Below are positions 49,367 through 59,958 of a stretch of DNA of 64,000 nucleotides, piece after piece. The position numbers were made by a program, and so were the translations under genes. The DNA is from an uncultured Gemmatimonadota bacterium (GTDB lineage: Bacteria; SM23-81; DAOVCL01): assembly GCA_964626665.1 (NCBI GenBank), contig CAZVGK010000008.1, positions 1 to 64,000 of the forward strand. Reading direction: 5' to 3'. Each line of letters starts with the position of its first letter. Positions within the stretch are counted from its first letter, which is position 1. The notes beneath the pieces were generated by a model that did not search any database, was not told where the DNA came from, and was given only the letters and a program-made list of their open reading frames with translations.

Positions 49367-49846
49367 ATGAACTGTAAATTTGTGCGAAAAAATCTGGTGG
49401 GGATCGTTGAGGGAGAGCTCCCGTCAGAAGTACGGAAAGGGATCGAGGCCCACCTGCAATCCTGTAACAGGTGCGCAAACCTGGTGGAACAGTTCGCACA
49501 AGTCTGGCAAGTTTGGGAGCAACCAGCGCATATCGAATCTTCATCCGCTTTTTGGACGAAATTGCAGCGGAGGATTCGAGAGTCTGAAGAGAAAAAGTCC
49601 CTTATTCTGCCAATTCTTGAGGGTTGGAATCGCTGGCTAAGACCAATTGCTGCTACGGCCACCGTGCTGATTGGAATCGTGGTTGGCTATCAGCTTGGCA
49701 GCTTATCGACTCCTCGATCTGCGCAGTCAACTCAACAAGCTAATAACGCTGTAGAGCAGTTCGTCGACGACAACCTGGGCAGCCTCTATGACTTCCCGGT
49801 TGGCTCTGTGGGGGAGTTTTATGTGAGCCTGGGGCAAAACAATTAG
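49367..49846 (+). CDS. Zinc-finger (ZAS) membrane anti-sigma factor
   Basis: HLQSCNRC = HxxxCxxC; single TM. Confidence 0.9.
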   Translation: MNCKFVRKNLVGIVEGELPSEVRKGIEAHLQSCNRCANLVEQFAQVWQVWEQPAHIESSSAFWTKLQRRIRESEEKKSLILPILEGWNRWLRPIAATATVLIGIVVGYQLGSLSTPRSAQSTQQANNAVEQFVDDNLGSLYDFPVGSVGEFYVSLGQNN

Positions 49847-49857
49847 GAGACTTAACT

Positions 49858-50367
49858 ATGAAGAGAAAATTGCTCATCTTAGGGGTTATCATACTGGTCA
49901 TTGTAAACATATCAGCTTTAATTACCATCTTCCACAATTACCGGTTGGGACCACCAAAGAGGCTCCCCGGTCCCCCTGGCTCATTCGACTCCCTCCGCCA
50001 CGAGCTGGCATTGAGCGACTCTCAGATCGTCAAGTTGAGAGCGCGACGTGCCGCCTTTGAAAAGCAGATCGACGAAATCAGGTTGATTTTGCGGAAGAAG
50101 AGGGAAGCCTTGGTGGAGGAGCTGAGATCGACAGAGCCAGACAGCGGGCGAATCGATCAACTGGTAGAGGAGATTGGGGAGTTACAGACCGAACTGGAGA
50201 AAAGGGCCATCAGGAGCATCCTCCAAGGGAAGGAGGTCCTTACCCCCGAACAAAGGGAGAAACTCCTGCGGATGTTCGAACACAGGCTCCAGGGAAGGGG
50301 AATGATCCCAGCTCATCGATGGCCGAAGGGCAAAGGCCCACAGAGGGATCCGTTTGGGCCTATGTAG
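49858..50367 (+). CDS. Spy/CpxP/ZraP-like periplasmic helical protein
   Basis: N-terminal TM, LALSDSQ and LTPEQ motifs. Confidence 0.8.
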   Translation: MKRKLLILGVIILVIVNISALITIFHNYRLGPPKRLPGPPGSFDSLRHELALSDSQIVKLRARRAAFEKQIDEIRLILRKKREALVEELRSTEPDSGRIDQLVEEIGELQTELEKRAIRSILQGKEVLTPEQREKLLRMFEHRLQGRGMIPAHRWPKGKGPQRDPFGPM

Positions 50368-50444
50368 GAGAGCCAACCGCAAAGGAAATCGACAGGCACC
50401 TATACAAGACCGATGGACATATATTAATGAGAGGAAAGCAACAA

Positions 50445-50687
50445 ATGGATAAAAAATCCCATCAAATCAAGGGTAATCATATCACCACAGATGATCTGGC
50501 CTTCTCGGCATATCTAAAACTAAAGGGTCATCGCTTGATCAAATCAGATCAGAAGAAATCAAAGGCTTACTTTACCTTCGAGGTCGATGGGAACATAGAT
50601 CAACTGAAGGTAGAGTTCATCAACAGCGAGTTCGTGCAGTTCTACAATGAACTGAGAAACTTAAAGAAGATGATTTCGACAAAATAG
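50445..50687 (+). CDS. DUF5659-like small protein
   Basis: TDDLAFSAYL...YFTFE...FYNELRNLKKMI; likely ATG 50445. Confidence 0.6.
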   Translation: MDKKSHQIKGNHITTDDLAFSAYLKLKGHRLIKSDQKKSKAYFTFEVDGNIDQLKVEFINSEFVQFYNELRNLKKMISTK

Positions 50688-50696
50688 GAGGTCAAG

Positions 50697-51809
50697 ATGA
50701 AAGCGTATCGGAGACTTATGGGGATTCTGGTTCTTTTCGCCCTTCTCATCGTCGGCCCGGCGGGCAATGTTCTGGGACAAAACCAGAATGCCCCAGGCGA
50801 TAGAGGGCATTTCAGAATGGGGCTCTGGCCCAGCCTGACACAGGAGCAGAGGCAAGCTGTGCGTTCCACGATAACGCAGATGCGGGAACAGGGCTCCTCC
50901 CGTGAGGAGATCCACGCTGCGGTTGGCGAGATGCTCAAGGCGTACGGTATCGAGGTGCCGGAGCACTGGGGGAAAGGATTCTCCGGGGGTCCCAGGAGAT
51001 TCTTTGGCCGACTTACCGATGAGCAGAGGGAAGCTGTGCAGGAGAAGGTAAAACAGATGCGGGACCAGGGTGCCTCCCCTGAGGAGATTCACGCTGCAGT
51101 AGCCCAGATGCTCAAAGGGTATGGCATCGACCTACCAGAGCACTGGGGCAAAGGTTTCCAAGGTGATCCCAGGAGATTCTTTGGCCGACTTACCGATGAG
51201 CAGAGGAAGGTCGTACGAGAAAAGATGAAGGAGATGCGGGAGCAGGGTGCTACCCGTGAGGAGATCCACGCTACGGTGGCTGAGATGCTCAAAGGCTATG
51301 GCATCGAGCTGCCGGAGCACTGGGGCAAAGGGTTCCCCGGTGGCCCGAGGGGATTTCTCTCTCAGCTCACCGCCGAGCAGAGGAAGGCAGTGCAGGAGAA
51401 GGTGAAAGGGATGCGGGACCAGGGCGCCTCCCCTGAGGAGATCCACGCTGCAGTGGCTGAGATGCTCAAAGGGTATGGGGTTGAATTACCAGAAAGTAAG
51501 GCAAGCATCTCTTCCCCAACGGAACCGCCTGAGTTACAGATTACAGCTCAAAGCTCCCCCAATCCCTTTAACCCTGAGACCCAGATCACTTATACGCTGA
51601 CTGCCCCGGGCGAGGTGCGGGTAAGGATCTACAATGTCACTGGAGAGATGGTCCGCACTTTCAATGAGGGGTATCGCGCGGCGGGTAGCTATAGTCTGCA
51701 ATGGGACGGTGGTGATGCAAACGGGAATCGCGCTGCCAGCGGCATCTATTTTTATCGCATCGAAGCCGGTCCTTACTCTGCCCCGGGGCGGATGATTCTG
51801 CTCAGGTAG
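50697..51809 (+). CDS. Secreted protein with four 59-aa helical repeats and FlgD-Ig/T9SS-type CTD
   Basis: Signal peptide; LTxEQR...GASxEEIHAAVxxMLKGYGIELPEHWG x4 (177-bp period); PNPFNP. Confidence 0.85.
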   Translation: MKAYRRLMGILVLFALLIVGPAGNVLGQNQNAPGDRGHFRMGLWPSLTQEQRQAVRSTITQMREQGSSREEIHAAVGEMLKAYGIEVPEHWGKGFSGGPRRFFGRLTDEQREAVQEKVKQMRDQGASPEEIHAAVAQMLKGYGIDLPEHWGKGFQGDPRRFFGRLTDEQRKVVREKMKEMREQGATREEIHATVAEMLKGYGIELPEHWGKGFPGGPRGFLSQLTAEQRKAVQEKVKGMRDQGASPEEIHAAVAEMLKGYGVELPESKASISSPTEPPELQITAQSSPNPFNPETQITYTLTAPGEVRVRIYNVTGEMVRTFNEGYRAAGSYSLQWDGGDANGNRAASGIYFYRIEAGPYSAPGRMILLR

Positions 51810-51889
51810 GGCGGCAATCTGTATAAGGCAGGGGTGACCGGTTCTTCCGGTCATCCCTGTTTTTAACCAATTATGAACGAGGTGAAAAA

Positions 51890-52732
51890 ATGGTTTGCAG
51901 GGATCTCGCACGGTTTAGTGCAACAACATTCCTTTCTCTAATAGTCGCCAGCTCAATTCTTTTAAGCGGCTGTAAGAACCAGGAGGTGCCCAGTCACTGG
52001 TCAGCACAACCAGTGCAGGTAGATGGTCAAATGACTGATTGGGCAGGTATACCCGCGAATTACCTGGAGGATAGCGGCGTGCAACTGGGTTTGTGCAATG
52101 ATAACCAGAACCTGTACATTCTCTTTCGTTTCAGTAACCAAGCCTGGGCGCGCACCATTCGCATGGGTGGGGTGACCCTCTGGCTGGATAATTCCGGCAA
52201 AAAGAAGAAGGACTTCGGCATCCGTTACACTGGCGGGCCATCTCTTTCCGAGATGCAAGGGCAGGGAATGGGTGACCGGGGTGGCTTCAGGGAGAGCCTC
52301 ACCCCGGAACAGAAGAAGCGCTTCCTCCAAAGACAGGCAGCCATGGCCAATAAAATCACCGTCATCAACAAGGAAAGGAATAAGGAATCAACCATACCGG
52401 CAAGTGGTTCCAGCGGTTTGGCTGCGGGCTCTGCGGTGCTTCAGGGGATTTACACCTATGAGTTCCGCATCCCGTTGCAGAAAGGGGATATTAGCCACTA
52501 TGGCATTGGAACGCAACCGGGACAGGCCATCAGCCTTGGATTGGAGTGGGGTGGCATGAGCGACGCGAACCGGGAAAGGATGAAAAGGATGGGTAGTGGC
52601 CCGCCTGGTGGTATGGGTGGTGGTCGAGGTGGTGGTCGAAGTGGCGGACCCAGGGGTGGTTCCCGCCCACAGCCACCAGAAGAGCAGGAGATCTGGGTGA
52701 AAACTCGGTTGGCTTTACCTTCGGCAGAATAG
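51890..52732 (+). CDS. Hypothetical lipoprotein with Gly-rich tail
   Basis: Lipobox LLSGC; VDGQMTDW; LTPEQ. Confidence 0.75.
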   Translation: MVCRDLARFSATTFLSLIVASSILLSGCKNQEVPSHWSAQPVQVDGQMTDWAGIPANYLEDSGVQLGLCNDNQNLYILFRFSNQAWARTIRMGGVTLWLDNSGKKKKDFGIRYTGGPSLSEMQGQGMGDRGGFRESLTPEQKKRFLQRQAAMANKITVINKERNKESTIPASGSSGLAAGSAVLQGIYTYEFRIPLQKGDISHYGIGTQPGQAISLGLEWGGMSDANRERMKRMGSGPPGGMGGGRGGGRSGGPRGGSRPQPPEEQEIWVKTRLALPSAE

Positions 52733-52742
52733 GGTTAAAGCG

Positions 52743-52889
52743 ATGCCATGGTTTTCTGGACAGAAGGTGCGATGGGCGGCAGTCTTTTGCACTTTGTTCC
52801 TTTTGTCGTCATTGCTGCCTTCTTGTGCCACGGTGCCTTCTTCCCAAAAATATGTAGGCTCGGTTTTTGATTCAGGTGCGTCGAGATAA
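52743..52889 (+). pseudogene. 48-aa lipoprotein stub
   Basis: MPWFSGQKVRWAAVFCTLFLLSSLLPSCATVPSSQKYVGSV; similar to N-terminus at 57526. Confidence 0.6.
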
Positions 52890-52901
52890 AAGGAGAAAAA
52901 A

Positions 52902-53600
52902 ATGGGTTTAATAAAGTTGGAAAGTGTCAAAAAAGTTTATCAAATGGGAAATGTATCTGTTACTGCTTTAAAGGGCATTGATGTCGAAATTGACAAAGGA
53001 GCCTTCATCTCATTTATCGGTCCATCTGGAAGCGGAAAAACCACTCTTTTGAATTTGATTGGCTGTTTGGATAAACCAACTTCCGGAAATCTGGAAGTTA
53101 TGGATACAAACATTGCAAAATTAAATTATGTGGAAAGAGCAAAATTTAGAGGTGAACATCTGGGATTTATCTTTCAGAATTTCAATTTGATTCCTGTTCT
53201 CACCGTTTATGAAAATGTGGAATATCCGCTTGTAATGGTGAAGTCACTTCCAAAGAAGGAAAGAGAAGAAAAAGCACTTTCCTTGCTCGATGCAGTGGGA
53301 ATGCTAGATCAGAAAGATAAAATGATAAACCAGATTTCAGGTGGACAAAAGCAGCGAGCTGCTATTGCCCGAGCATTGACAACCGATCCTAAAATTGTAT
53401 TGGCAGATGAACCAACTGCAAATCTTGACCACAATTCAGCATATAAAGTGGTACATTTGATGAAAAAACTAAGCCGGGGAATCGGAACTACTTTCATCTT
53501 TTCAACTCACGATCCCAAAATAGTGGCGGAAGTTGATATCATCTACACACTTGAAGACGGTGTTCTTACTAAACGCGAAGAGAGGGGGAACAATGAATAA
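52902..53600 (+). CDS. ABC transporter ATP-binding protein (LolD-like)
   Basis: [22 protein letters not shown]. Confidence 0.95.
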   Translation: MGLIKLESVKKVYQMGNVSVTALKGIDVEIDKGAFISFIGPSGSGKTTLLNLIGCLDKPTSGNLEVMDTNIAKLNYVERAKFRGEHLGFIFQNFNLIPVLTVYENVEYPLVMVKSLPKKEREEKALSLLDAVGMLDQKDKMINQISGGQKQRAAIARALTTDPKIVLADEPTANLDHNSAYKVVHLMKKLSRGIGTTFIFSTHDPKIVAEVDIIYTLEDGVLTKREERGNNE

Positions 53601-54828
53601 TATCATAAAAATTGCTTTCAGAAATCTCTACCGTCAGAAACGGAGAAGTTTTCTCACAATTGGAATTGTCGCATTTGGAGTTCTCGCTGTTCTGCTGTTT
53701 TCGGCAACAGCCGGTTCCTTCAAAAATTTCGTAATTGGAGAAATAACCGATTCAATGTTGGGGCATATTCAAATACATGCCAAAGGTTATGTTGGAGCGC
53801 TTGATAATCTACCGCTTGATAGAACATTAGATGAAAAACAAATCAAACAAATGGAAAAAGTGCTGAATAACATTCCCGAAATTGAAAGTTATTCTTATCG
53901 GATCTTATTGGGTGGAATGTTGAGTAATTATCTGGAATCTACCAGCGCAAAATTTTCTGCTATCATTCCCGCCAAAGAAGATAAGGTAGTTCCTTTATTA
54001 AAAGATAGACTCAAAAAAGGAAATTTTCTCAGAAAAGGTGAAATTCTTTTGCCCGAACTCATTACCAAAGGTTTCGATTCCAAAATTGGTGATGATATTG
54101 TGTTGGTAGCAACTAACGCAGACGGTTCGGTAAACGGACAGTCATTTAAAATTTCGGGTGTTATGGAAAGTGTGATGGGACCAACCGGTAAATATGGTTA
54201 CATCCATTTCGACGATGCAAGAACACTTCTGCGAATGGATGGAATGGAAATTAGTGAAGTTGCAATTCGCTTGAAAAGTTTTGATGATATGAATGAAGTT
54301 AATTCCATATTGAACAAAAAATTGGGAGCAATTAAAAATCCGAAGGAGAATAATGTCTTTGAAGTTCACACTTGGGAAAGTCTCTCTCCATTTTATAATA
54401 TAGCGCAAATGATAGATATGATGGCACTTTTCATTAAAGCAATCCTTATCGGAATTGTACTAGTAAGTATTATGAATGTAATGATAATGGCAGTTTACGA
54501 GCGCACAAAAGAGATTGGGTCAATTTCCGCAATGGGAACTTTGCCTTCAAAGATAAAATTAATGTTCCTTTTTGAAGGATTCTTTCTGGGCATTTTCGGG
54601 TCTGTGATCGGTATTGTTGTTAGTATGATTTCAATTTTTATCGTGAATATTTCCCACTTTACAATCGCTTTTGGAAGGAACAGTAATATACTGCTGGAAC
54701 CTGAAGTATCACTTTCTCAAATCGGGATAACAGCGTTTATTGTTATCATTGTATCCATTATTGCTGTAATGGAACCAGCTTCTAAAGCTTCTAAACTGGA
54801 ACCGATAGAAGCATTAAGGCAAAATTAA
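53593..54828 (+). CDS. FtsX/LolE-like ABC permease
   Basis: IAFRNL...RRS, ERTKEIG, LEPIEALR. Confidence 0.9.
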   Translation: MNNIIKIAFRNLYRQKRRSFLTIGIVAFGVLAVLLFSATAGSFKNFVIGEITDSMLGHIQIHAKGYVGALDNLPLDRTLDEKQIKQMEKVLNNIPEIESYSYRILLGGMLSNYLESTSAKFSAIIPAKEDKVVPLLKDRLKKGNFLRKGEILLPELITKGFDSKIGDDIVLVATNADGSVNGQSFKISGVMESVMGPTGKYGYIHFDDARTLLRMDGMEISEVAIRLKSFDDMNEVNSILNKKLGAIKNPKENNVFEVHTWESLSPFYNIAQMIDMMALFIKAILIGIVLVSIMNVMIMAVYERTKEIGSISAMGTLPSKIKLMFLFEGFFLGIFGSVIGIVVSMISIFIVNISHFTIAFGRNSNILLEPEVSLSQIGITAFIVIIVSIIAVMEPASKASKLEPIEALRQN

Positions 54829-54843
54829 AATCTGGAGGGAAAA

Positions 54844-55620
54844 ATGTTTAATAAAATAAAAATATCAGAAAAAATTCTCTTCGTTGTTCTCATCCTTGCC
54901 ATAAATACCGGTTTTCTCTTTGCGCAGGAAGCTCAGGAAATTAATGAAGCAGGAAACAAACTTCTCAAACAAATCGATAGAAATCTATCTCCCGAATCAT
55001 TTGAATCTCTACGAAAAATAATTAATATCGAACCAAACGGAACGAAAAAAGAATTTGTCCTCTTTGCTCTAAAAAAAGGGAATGACAAAATGGTTACTAC
55101 TTTTCTTGCACCAAAATCGGAAGTCGGGCGTTCTACTCTTCGGTTGGATGAAAATATGTGGTTGTATATTCCGAATGTGGGGAAACCGATGCGCATTACA
55201 AGTCTGCAATCTGTAATCGGTGGAATTTTTAATAATTCCGATATTATGCAATTGGATTACAGCGCTGAATATGATGTAACAGAAATGACCGACGACAGCG
55301 AAGAAAAAATGCTGACTTTAAAAGCAAAAACAACAACCGTTGCTTACGACAAATTGAAAATGTGGGTAAATATAAAGTACAAAACACCTTCTAAAATTGA
55401 ATGTTATACTGCCAGTGGGATGCTGATAAAAACACTTAATTTTAAGGAAATAAAAGATTTCGGAAACGGTATCATTCGCCCCTCAGTTTTAGAAACGGAC
55501 AGTCCGCTTCACAAAGGTTATAAAGCTGTAATGATCTATGCAAACATTAAACCTCGCAAGATAGATGATGAAGTCTTTACTCTGAATTTTATGGGAAAGA
55601 TCAAGGATTTCAGAAAGTGA
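54844..55620 (+). CDS. LolA-like outer-membrane lipoprotein-sorting protein
   Basis: NMWLYIPNVGKPMRI, FNNSDI, YDKLKMWV. Confidence 0.8.
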   Translation: MFNKIKISEKILFVVLILAINTGFLFAQEAQEINEAGNKLLKQIDRNLSPESFESLRKIINIEPNGTKKEFVLFALKKGNDKMVTTFLAPKSEVGRSTLRLDENMWLYIPNVGKPMRITSLQSVIGGIFNNSDIMQLDYSAEYDVTEMTDDSEEKMLTLKAKTTTVAYDKLKMWVNIKYKTPSKIECYTASGMLIKTLNFKEIKDFGNGIIRPSVLETDSPLHKGYKAVMIYANIKPRKIDDEVFTLNFMGKIKDFRK

Positions 55621-56885
55621 AATTTCTAATTATCTTCCTCCTCTCTTTTAACTATCTTTCTGCTCAGGAATACTCTTTTGATTTTGAAGAATTCGAGAAA
55701 AAACCTTACGAATATATTGGGAACCTCCAAATACAACCGGATTTTATGCTATTAAATAAAGCGTCAAAATTGTATGCATTCAGCTTCCAAAATAAAGAAG
55801 AAAAAGATTACTGGGATTCTTATAACGCTTCCTTACAACTGAAAGGCAGCTATGAAATCTCAAAATTCAAATTTTCTTTGGATATCAAAGATCAGTTGTC
55901 GTTTACAAAAAATGATGAATTGGAAAATAATTTCAGTATTTATGAATTTTTCGGGAATGCAAATCTTTCTACTAATTTCTCAATGCAAATAGGTGAAAAA
56001 TCGGTTAAATGGGGGAAGGGTTATATCTGGAATCCTGTTTCTTTTGTGGGACGGCAAAAAGACATAAACGATGTTGATGCTGGTTCGGAAGGTTTCTGGA
56101 TGATGAAACTCGATTATGTTAAAAGCCTCTCGGGACTTTTACAGAATTATTCCATCACACCTGTTTTTATCCCGGTAACAGAAGATATTAACAAAGATTT
56201 TCAACTAATGAACAGTTTTAATTTTATCTTGAACAGCTATTTTCTTATCAAGGATACTGATATCGATTTTTATCTATTTATACAAGAGAAGAATTTTGAA
56301 AAACTTGGATTTGATTTTGCCCGAAATATTTTACCAAACTGGGAAATACACGCAGAATATGTTTATGAAAAAGACGTAATAATCAATTCATGGAATTCAG
56401 ATTACGAAGTTGAGCAATTTAAAATGGAATCAAACAATTATTTGTTTGGAAGCAGAATGCTATTTCCCACAAACATAACCGTGATATTTGAATATCTGCA
56501 CAATGATGTTGGTTTAGACACGGAACAAATGACGATATTTTTTGAAGCAGCAAAATTAGCAACTTCCGGAAATCCAACTTTATTACCGATAATCAAAGAA
56601 TATCAAATGGAAAGTTTCAGCGGTCAGTTTTTGATGAAGGATTATCTATATTTGAAATTATCGCAACCTGAACCATTTGACATTTTGTATTTCACATCTT
56701 CGGTTTACTTTTTGCATAATATGAATGATAATAGTGAAATGATTGGTGGAGAGCTAAACTATTCTCGATTCGAGGATTTAAATATGAAACTTAAATATAA
56801 CCTGATGTTTGGAGAAGAAAACTCTGAATTCGGCGAGAAGATCAGTTCGGATAAAATAAGTTTTTTGATGGAATATGTTTTTTAA
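55617..56885 (+). CDS. Probable outer-membrane beta-barrel protein
   Basis: Signal peptide, KWGKGYIWNP, C-terminal YVF. Confidence 0.7.
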   Translation: MKFLIIFLLSFNYLSAQEYSFDFEEFEKKPYEYIGNLQIQPDFMLLNKASKLYAFSFQNKEEKDYWDSYNASLQLKGSYEISKFKFSLDIKDQLSFTKNDELENNFSIYEFFGNANLSTNFSMQIGEKSVKWGKGYIWNPVSFVGRQKDINDVDAGSEGFWMMKLDYVKSLSGLLQNYSITPVFIPVTEDINKDFQLMNSFNFILNSYFLIKDTDIDFYLFIQEKNFEKLGFDFARNILPNWEIHAEYVYEKDVIINSWNSDYEVEQFKMESNNYLFGSRMLFPTNITVIFEYLHNDVGLDTEQMTIFFEAAKLATSGNPTLLPIIKEYQMESFSGQFLMKDYLYLKLSQPEPFDILYFTSSVYFLHNMNDNSEMIGGELNYSRFEDLNMKLKYNLMFGEENSEFGEKISSDKISFLMEYVF

Positions 56886-56893
56886 GTCGCTGT

Positions 56894-56953
56894 GGCTAAC
56901 AATGTGTCCACAAACTCCGCAAGCTCCGTTCGTGGCACAGAGGAAGGTTATAC
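56894..56953 (+). other. attC-like recombination site
   Basis: GGCTAAC...TGTG(T)CCAC...GTGGCACA...GTTATAC, 60 bp, 8 bp after a stop codon. Confidence 0.55.
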
Positions 56954-57525
56954 GACATGGCACTTCGAAGAGGAGAGAAAATGAAAATCCCAAAAAGCAA
57001 AGCACTTGAGCTAAGAGATGAGAAGATTTTGCAATTTCAGAAAGTCTTAGCCGAAGCAACCTACAGTAACGTTACGGTGAAGCTTACGAATTGGCATACT
57101 ACGGTACAGAAACTTTATTGACTGAGCTATTCTCAAAAGAGGAGGCAATGAATTTCCGTAGCAGTGTAAATTCGGAAGTAGCTATTATCGGAGGAGAAAT
57201 AGATTATGCCAAGGAATTACAGGACTACAAAGAGCATATTAATAGTTGTATCGCCCAATTGAAGGTGTATAGAGAAAGAATCCAGAATTTCTGGCGACTG
57301 ATGAGTTAGAAACGGTCACAAAGTTAACAGTTGTTCCGTTCGTCTCTATGAGTTTTGATGGAAAAGTCGGGGGTTAAACCTTTAAATACCAATTAAAAGT
57401 CTCAATGCGCTGCTTAATTTATCATGGGCAGACAATCACGATTAGAATTTCCTGAAACCTTATATTGCCACACCTGGCCGGTCCCGGGTCGGGGAGGCGA
57501 GTCTCCGTTAGAAAGGCAATGGATT

Positions 57526-58271
57526 ATGCCCTGGGCGCAGTGGGCAGTAGTCTCTTGCACTCTGGTGATTTTTACGCTATCATTCTTCTGTGCCACCGCC
57601 CTTCTATCCGCAAATATGTAAGCCCAATCCGCAATGCCCGAGGACAGGTCCACGGCTTTGGATCCTTTTCGGCCCTTTGGGAGGAGTGGACGGTACAGTT
57701 TGGCGCGACAGATAGGGAAGAAAGATTAGGGGTGAGCAGTCCTTTAACCGTGGTTGAGGGCCACATTGACGAATTTCCGCTTCAAATTGCTGCCACTTTG
57801 ATTGACTCCACCCTCATTGAGGCTGGCTTGCAGCACTACGCCACCCTTCTGGCAATGACTCCAGAAGAGCAGGCCGATTTTCGCCGGGCCTACTGCAAAC
57901 GGCATACTCCAGCAAATCACCTCCTTATCTGGTGTGAACTGCAGACAATTTGGGCGGAAAACTATCTGGCCCCTCGCCGCTGGATCATCTTTCTGGAGGA
58001 CGATGCCGGCAATCAGTATGAACCTTTGCAAATATCCGAGGAATCTCCCCCCATTCGCCAAATGGTGACGGAGAGGAGGTCTGGATCCCAGCCTGAACAG
58101 GAACGCCGGGGATGGAGTGTACAACAGAAAGCCCTGATGTTCTCCTTTCCCAAAAGAAATATTCATGGAACTCCTGTCCCCTCTGAGAAGTTAAAGTTTT
58201 TGAAATTGACCTTTCAACTGAAGGGAGATGAGGAGACGAGGGCAGAAGGGGTTTGGGTATTCAAGAGATAG
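57526..58271 (+). pseudogene. Frameshifted lipoprotein-like gene
   Basis: Signal MPWAQWAVVSCTL...FFCATA in one frame continues as PSIRKYVSP...WVFKR in the 57465 frame. Confidence 0.6.
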
Positions 58272-58281
58272 GGACTGTTCA

Positions 58282-59958
58282 GAGGCTGTTTAAAAATAGA
58301 ATTTTCGTCCTATGATCAGAGGTTCCCATCCGGCAAATCAGTCCTTTTTTGAAAAAATGAAGACCTTGAGATAGCCGCTCTTTGACATATGTAAGCAGTA
58401 AATTGCCCCTAGGGCTCCCTCAGAAGGCAAAGTTATCCCATCTTTAGCTCTTATAAGGCTAAGGCGGATTTCTATCCTCTTAGGGATAGAAAGTTCAGCC
58501 GCTCCCTCTTTTTGGGAGAAACCCTCTTCTGACTGACCCCTCTGGGCTACTGCCTATAAACCAGCCTTAAGCTGTCTTCTTCTGAAGTGACCTTTTGCTT
58601 TCTAAGAAAATTGCCAGAGAGTCCAAAAGATCACAGACATCGGCAATCACTGCTAAGAAGTGGGCATTATCCTTGTTCAGCAAGGTGATCTTCTCTAACC
58701 CACCTTTATTCCTATCCCGCCAGAAGCCGGACTCCTTCAACTTCCTTACCCTCAGCATCTTCCGGCTCACCTTAAGGTGTACAGGGATCTGGCCAAAGGC
58801 CACCGGGTATTGGGCAGAGTCAATTACCCTTAACTTCTCACATCCCCCGTAGAGGGGACAATCCTTTGGCTCATCCAGCCCACAGCCATAATAGTGAAGC
58901 CCGCTCTTTTGGTCAAGGCCCAACCACTGGAGGTTCTCCCCCATAACACAATAGGGAGCACCTCTCTCATCAACCATCTCAGGCAGGCGGCTGTTTACCT
59001 TCTTGTCGGTATGAACCACTACCCCAAACCTCTCCTTGGCCACCCTCTTGCGCTCAGAGTCTATGTAGGCCAAGTCTGCCACCACATACTTTACCTCAAG
59101 CCCCAAGGCCTGGGCCAGATATAAAAGGGGCAGAAGGAAATGGACATCCTGCTGATGGGCGGGAGCAACAATTGAAATGAGGGTAACCACCTTGTTGTTG
59201 GGCAGGAGAATAGCTAAGGAGTGCTTCCTATGGCCCACCAGGAAACGGCTCTTGCCCTTCTTGGCTGCGCGCTTCCCTCTACTGGCTGTGGGGTCTCGGA
59301 ACACCTCCACCTTACATCCATTGACCTCTATAACCTCAATAGGCTCCCAGCGACAAGGGGACTCCATCTCTGTGGAGTCGGTGATATGCAACTGAGAGCA
59401 GTTCTGGAAGAAGCCCAGGGAGTCAGCAGTCTTGATGAAGATAGAGATCAGGGTGAGCCGATCCCGGAAGGAGAAATCCTGGCGGAAGTTGGTCAAGGTA
59501 GCAGGACAGAAGCCATCCTTCTTGCTCTTTAGATGGCAGAATCTCCGATAGGCCTTTCGCTGCTTGAGCTCCCTACAGAGCTGATTGAAGGAGGGAATCC
59601 TCTTGATTGCCTTGAGGATATGGGCTCGCACCTTCCTGGAGATAGGGACAAGTTTTCTTCCCCGCCAGGCTATCTTATAGGAGAAGGCTGCATCGATGGC
59701 CTCATCATTGATCAGCTCATCCAACCGTTCTAAGTCAGGATCAACCTCTTTATCATAGATCCTGATGAACGACAGTTGATGACTTTGGCTCATTTCTTAC
59801 CTCCTTAAAGGTTGAAGCTTTGACTATTAACAAGCAATAATATAATCAAATTTTCATCAAAGTCAACCTTTTTTAGAGGAAAAAGTAGATTTTTTTCAAA
59901 GAACTTCCTGAAAATTATACAGTTAACTCAAATTCAGAGGCAATTTTTAAACAGCCTC
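58282..59958 (-). mobile_element. IS1182/IS5-like insertion sequence, complete
   Basis: 16-bp perfect TIR GAGGCTGTTTAAAAAT; 5-bp TSD GTTCA. Confidence 0.9.
58567..59793 (-). CDS. DDE transposase
   Basis: YRRFC, ATLTNFR, TDSTE, GHRKH, VADLAY. Confidence 0.85.
   Translation of the reverse strand: MSQSHQLSFIRIYDKEVDPDLERLDELINDEAIDAAFSYKIAWRGRKLVPISRKVRAHILKAIKRIPSFNQLCRELKQRKAYRRFCHLKSKKDGFCPATLTNFRQDFSFRDRLTLISIFIKTADSLGFFQNCSQLHITDSTEMESPCRWEPIEVIEVNGCKVEVFRDPTASRGKRAAKKGKSRFLVGHRKHSLAILLPNNKVVTLISIVAPAHQQDVHFLLPLLYLAQALGLEVKYVVADLAYIDSERKRVAKERFGVVVHTDKKVNSRLPEMVDERGAPYCVMGENLQWLGLDQKSGLHYYGCGLDEPKDCPLYGGCEKLRVIDSAQYPVAFGQIPVHLKVSRKMLRVRKLKESGFWRDRNKGGLEKITLLNKDNAHFLAVIADVCDLLDSLAIFLESKRSLQKKTA

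Noticed and set aside
50835-51494. 177-bp tandem repeat as a non-coding array
   Set aside because: In frame with mostly synonymous or conservative variation, so it is a protein repeat
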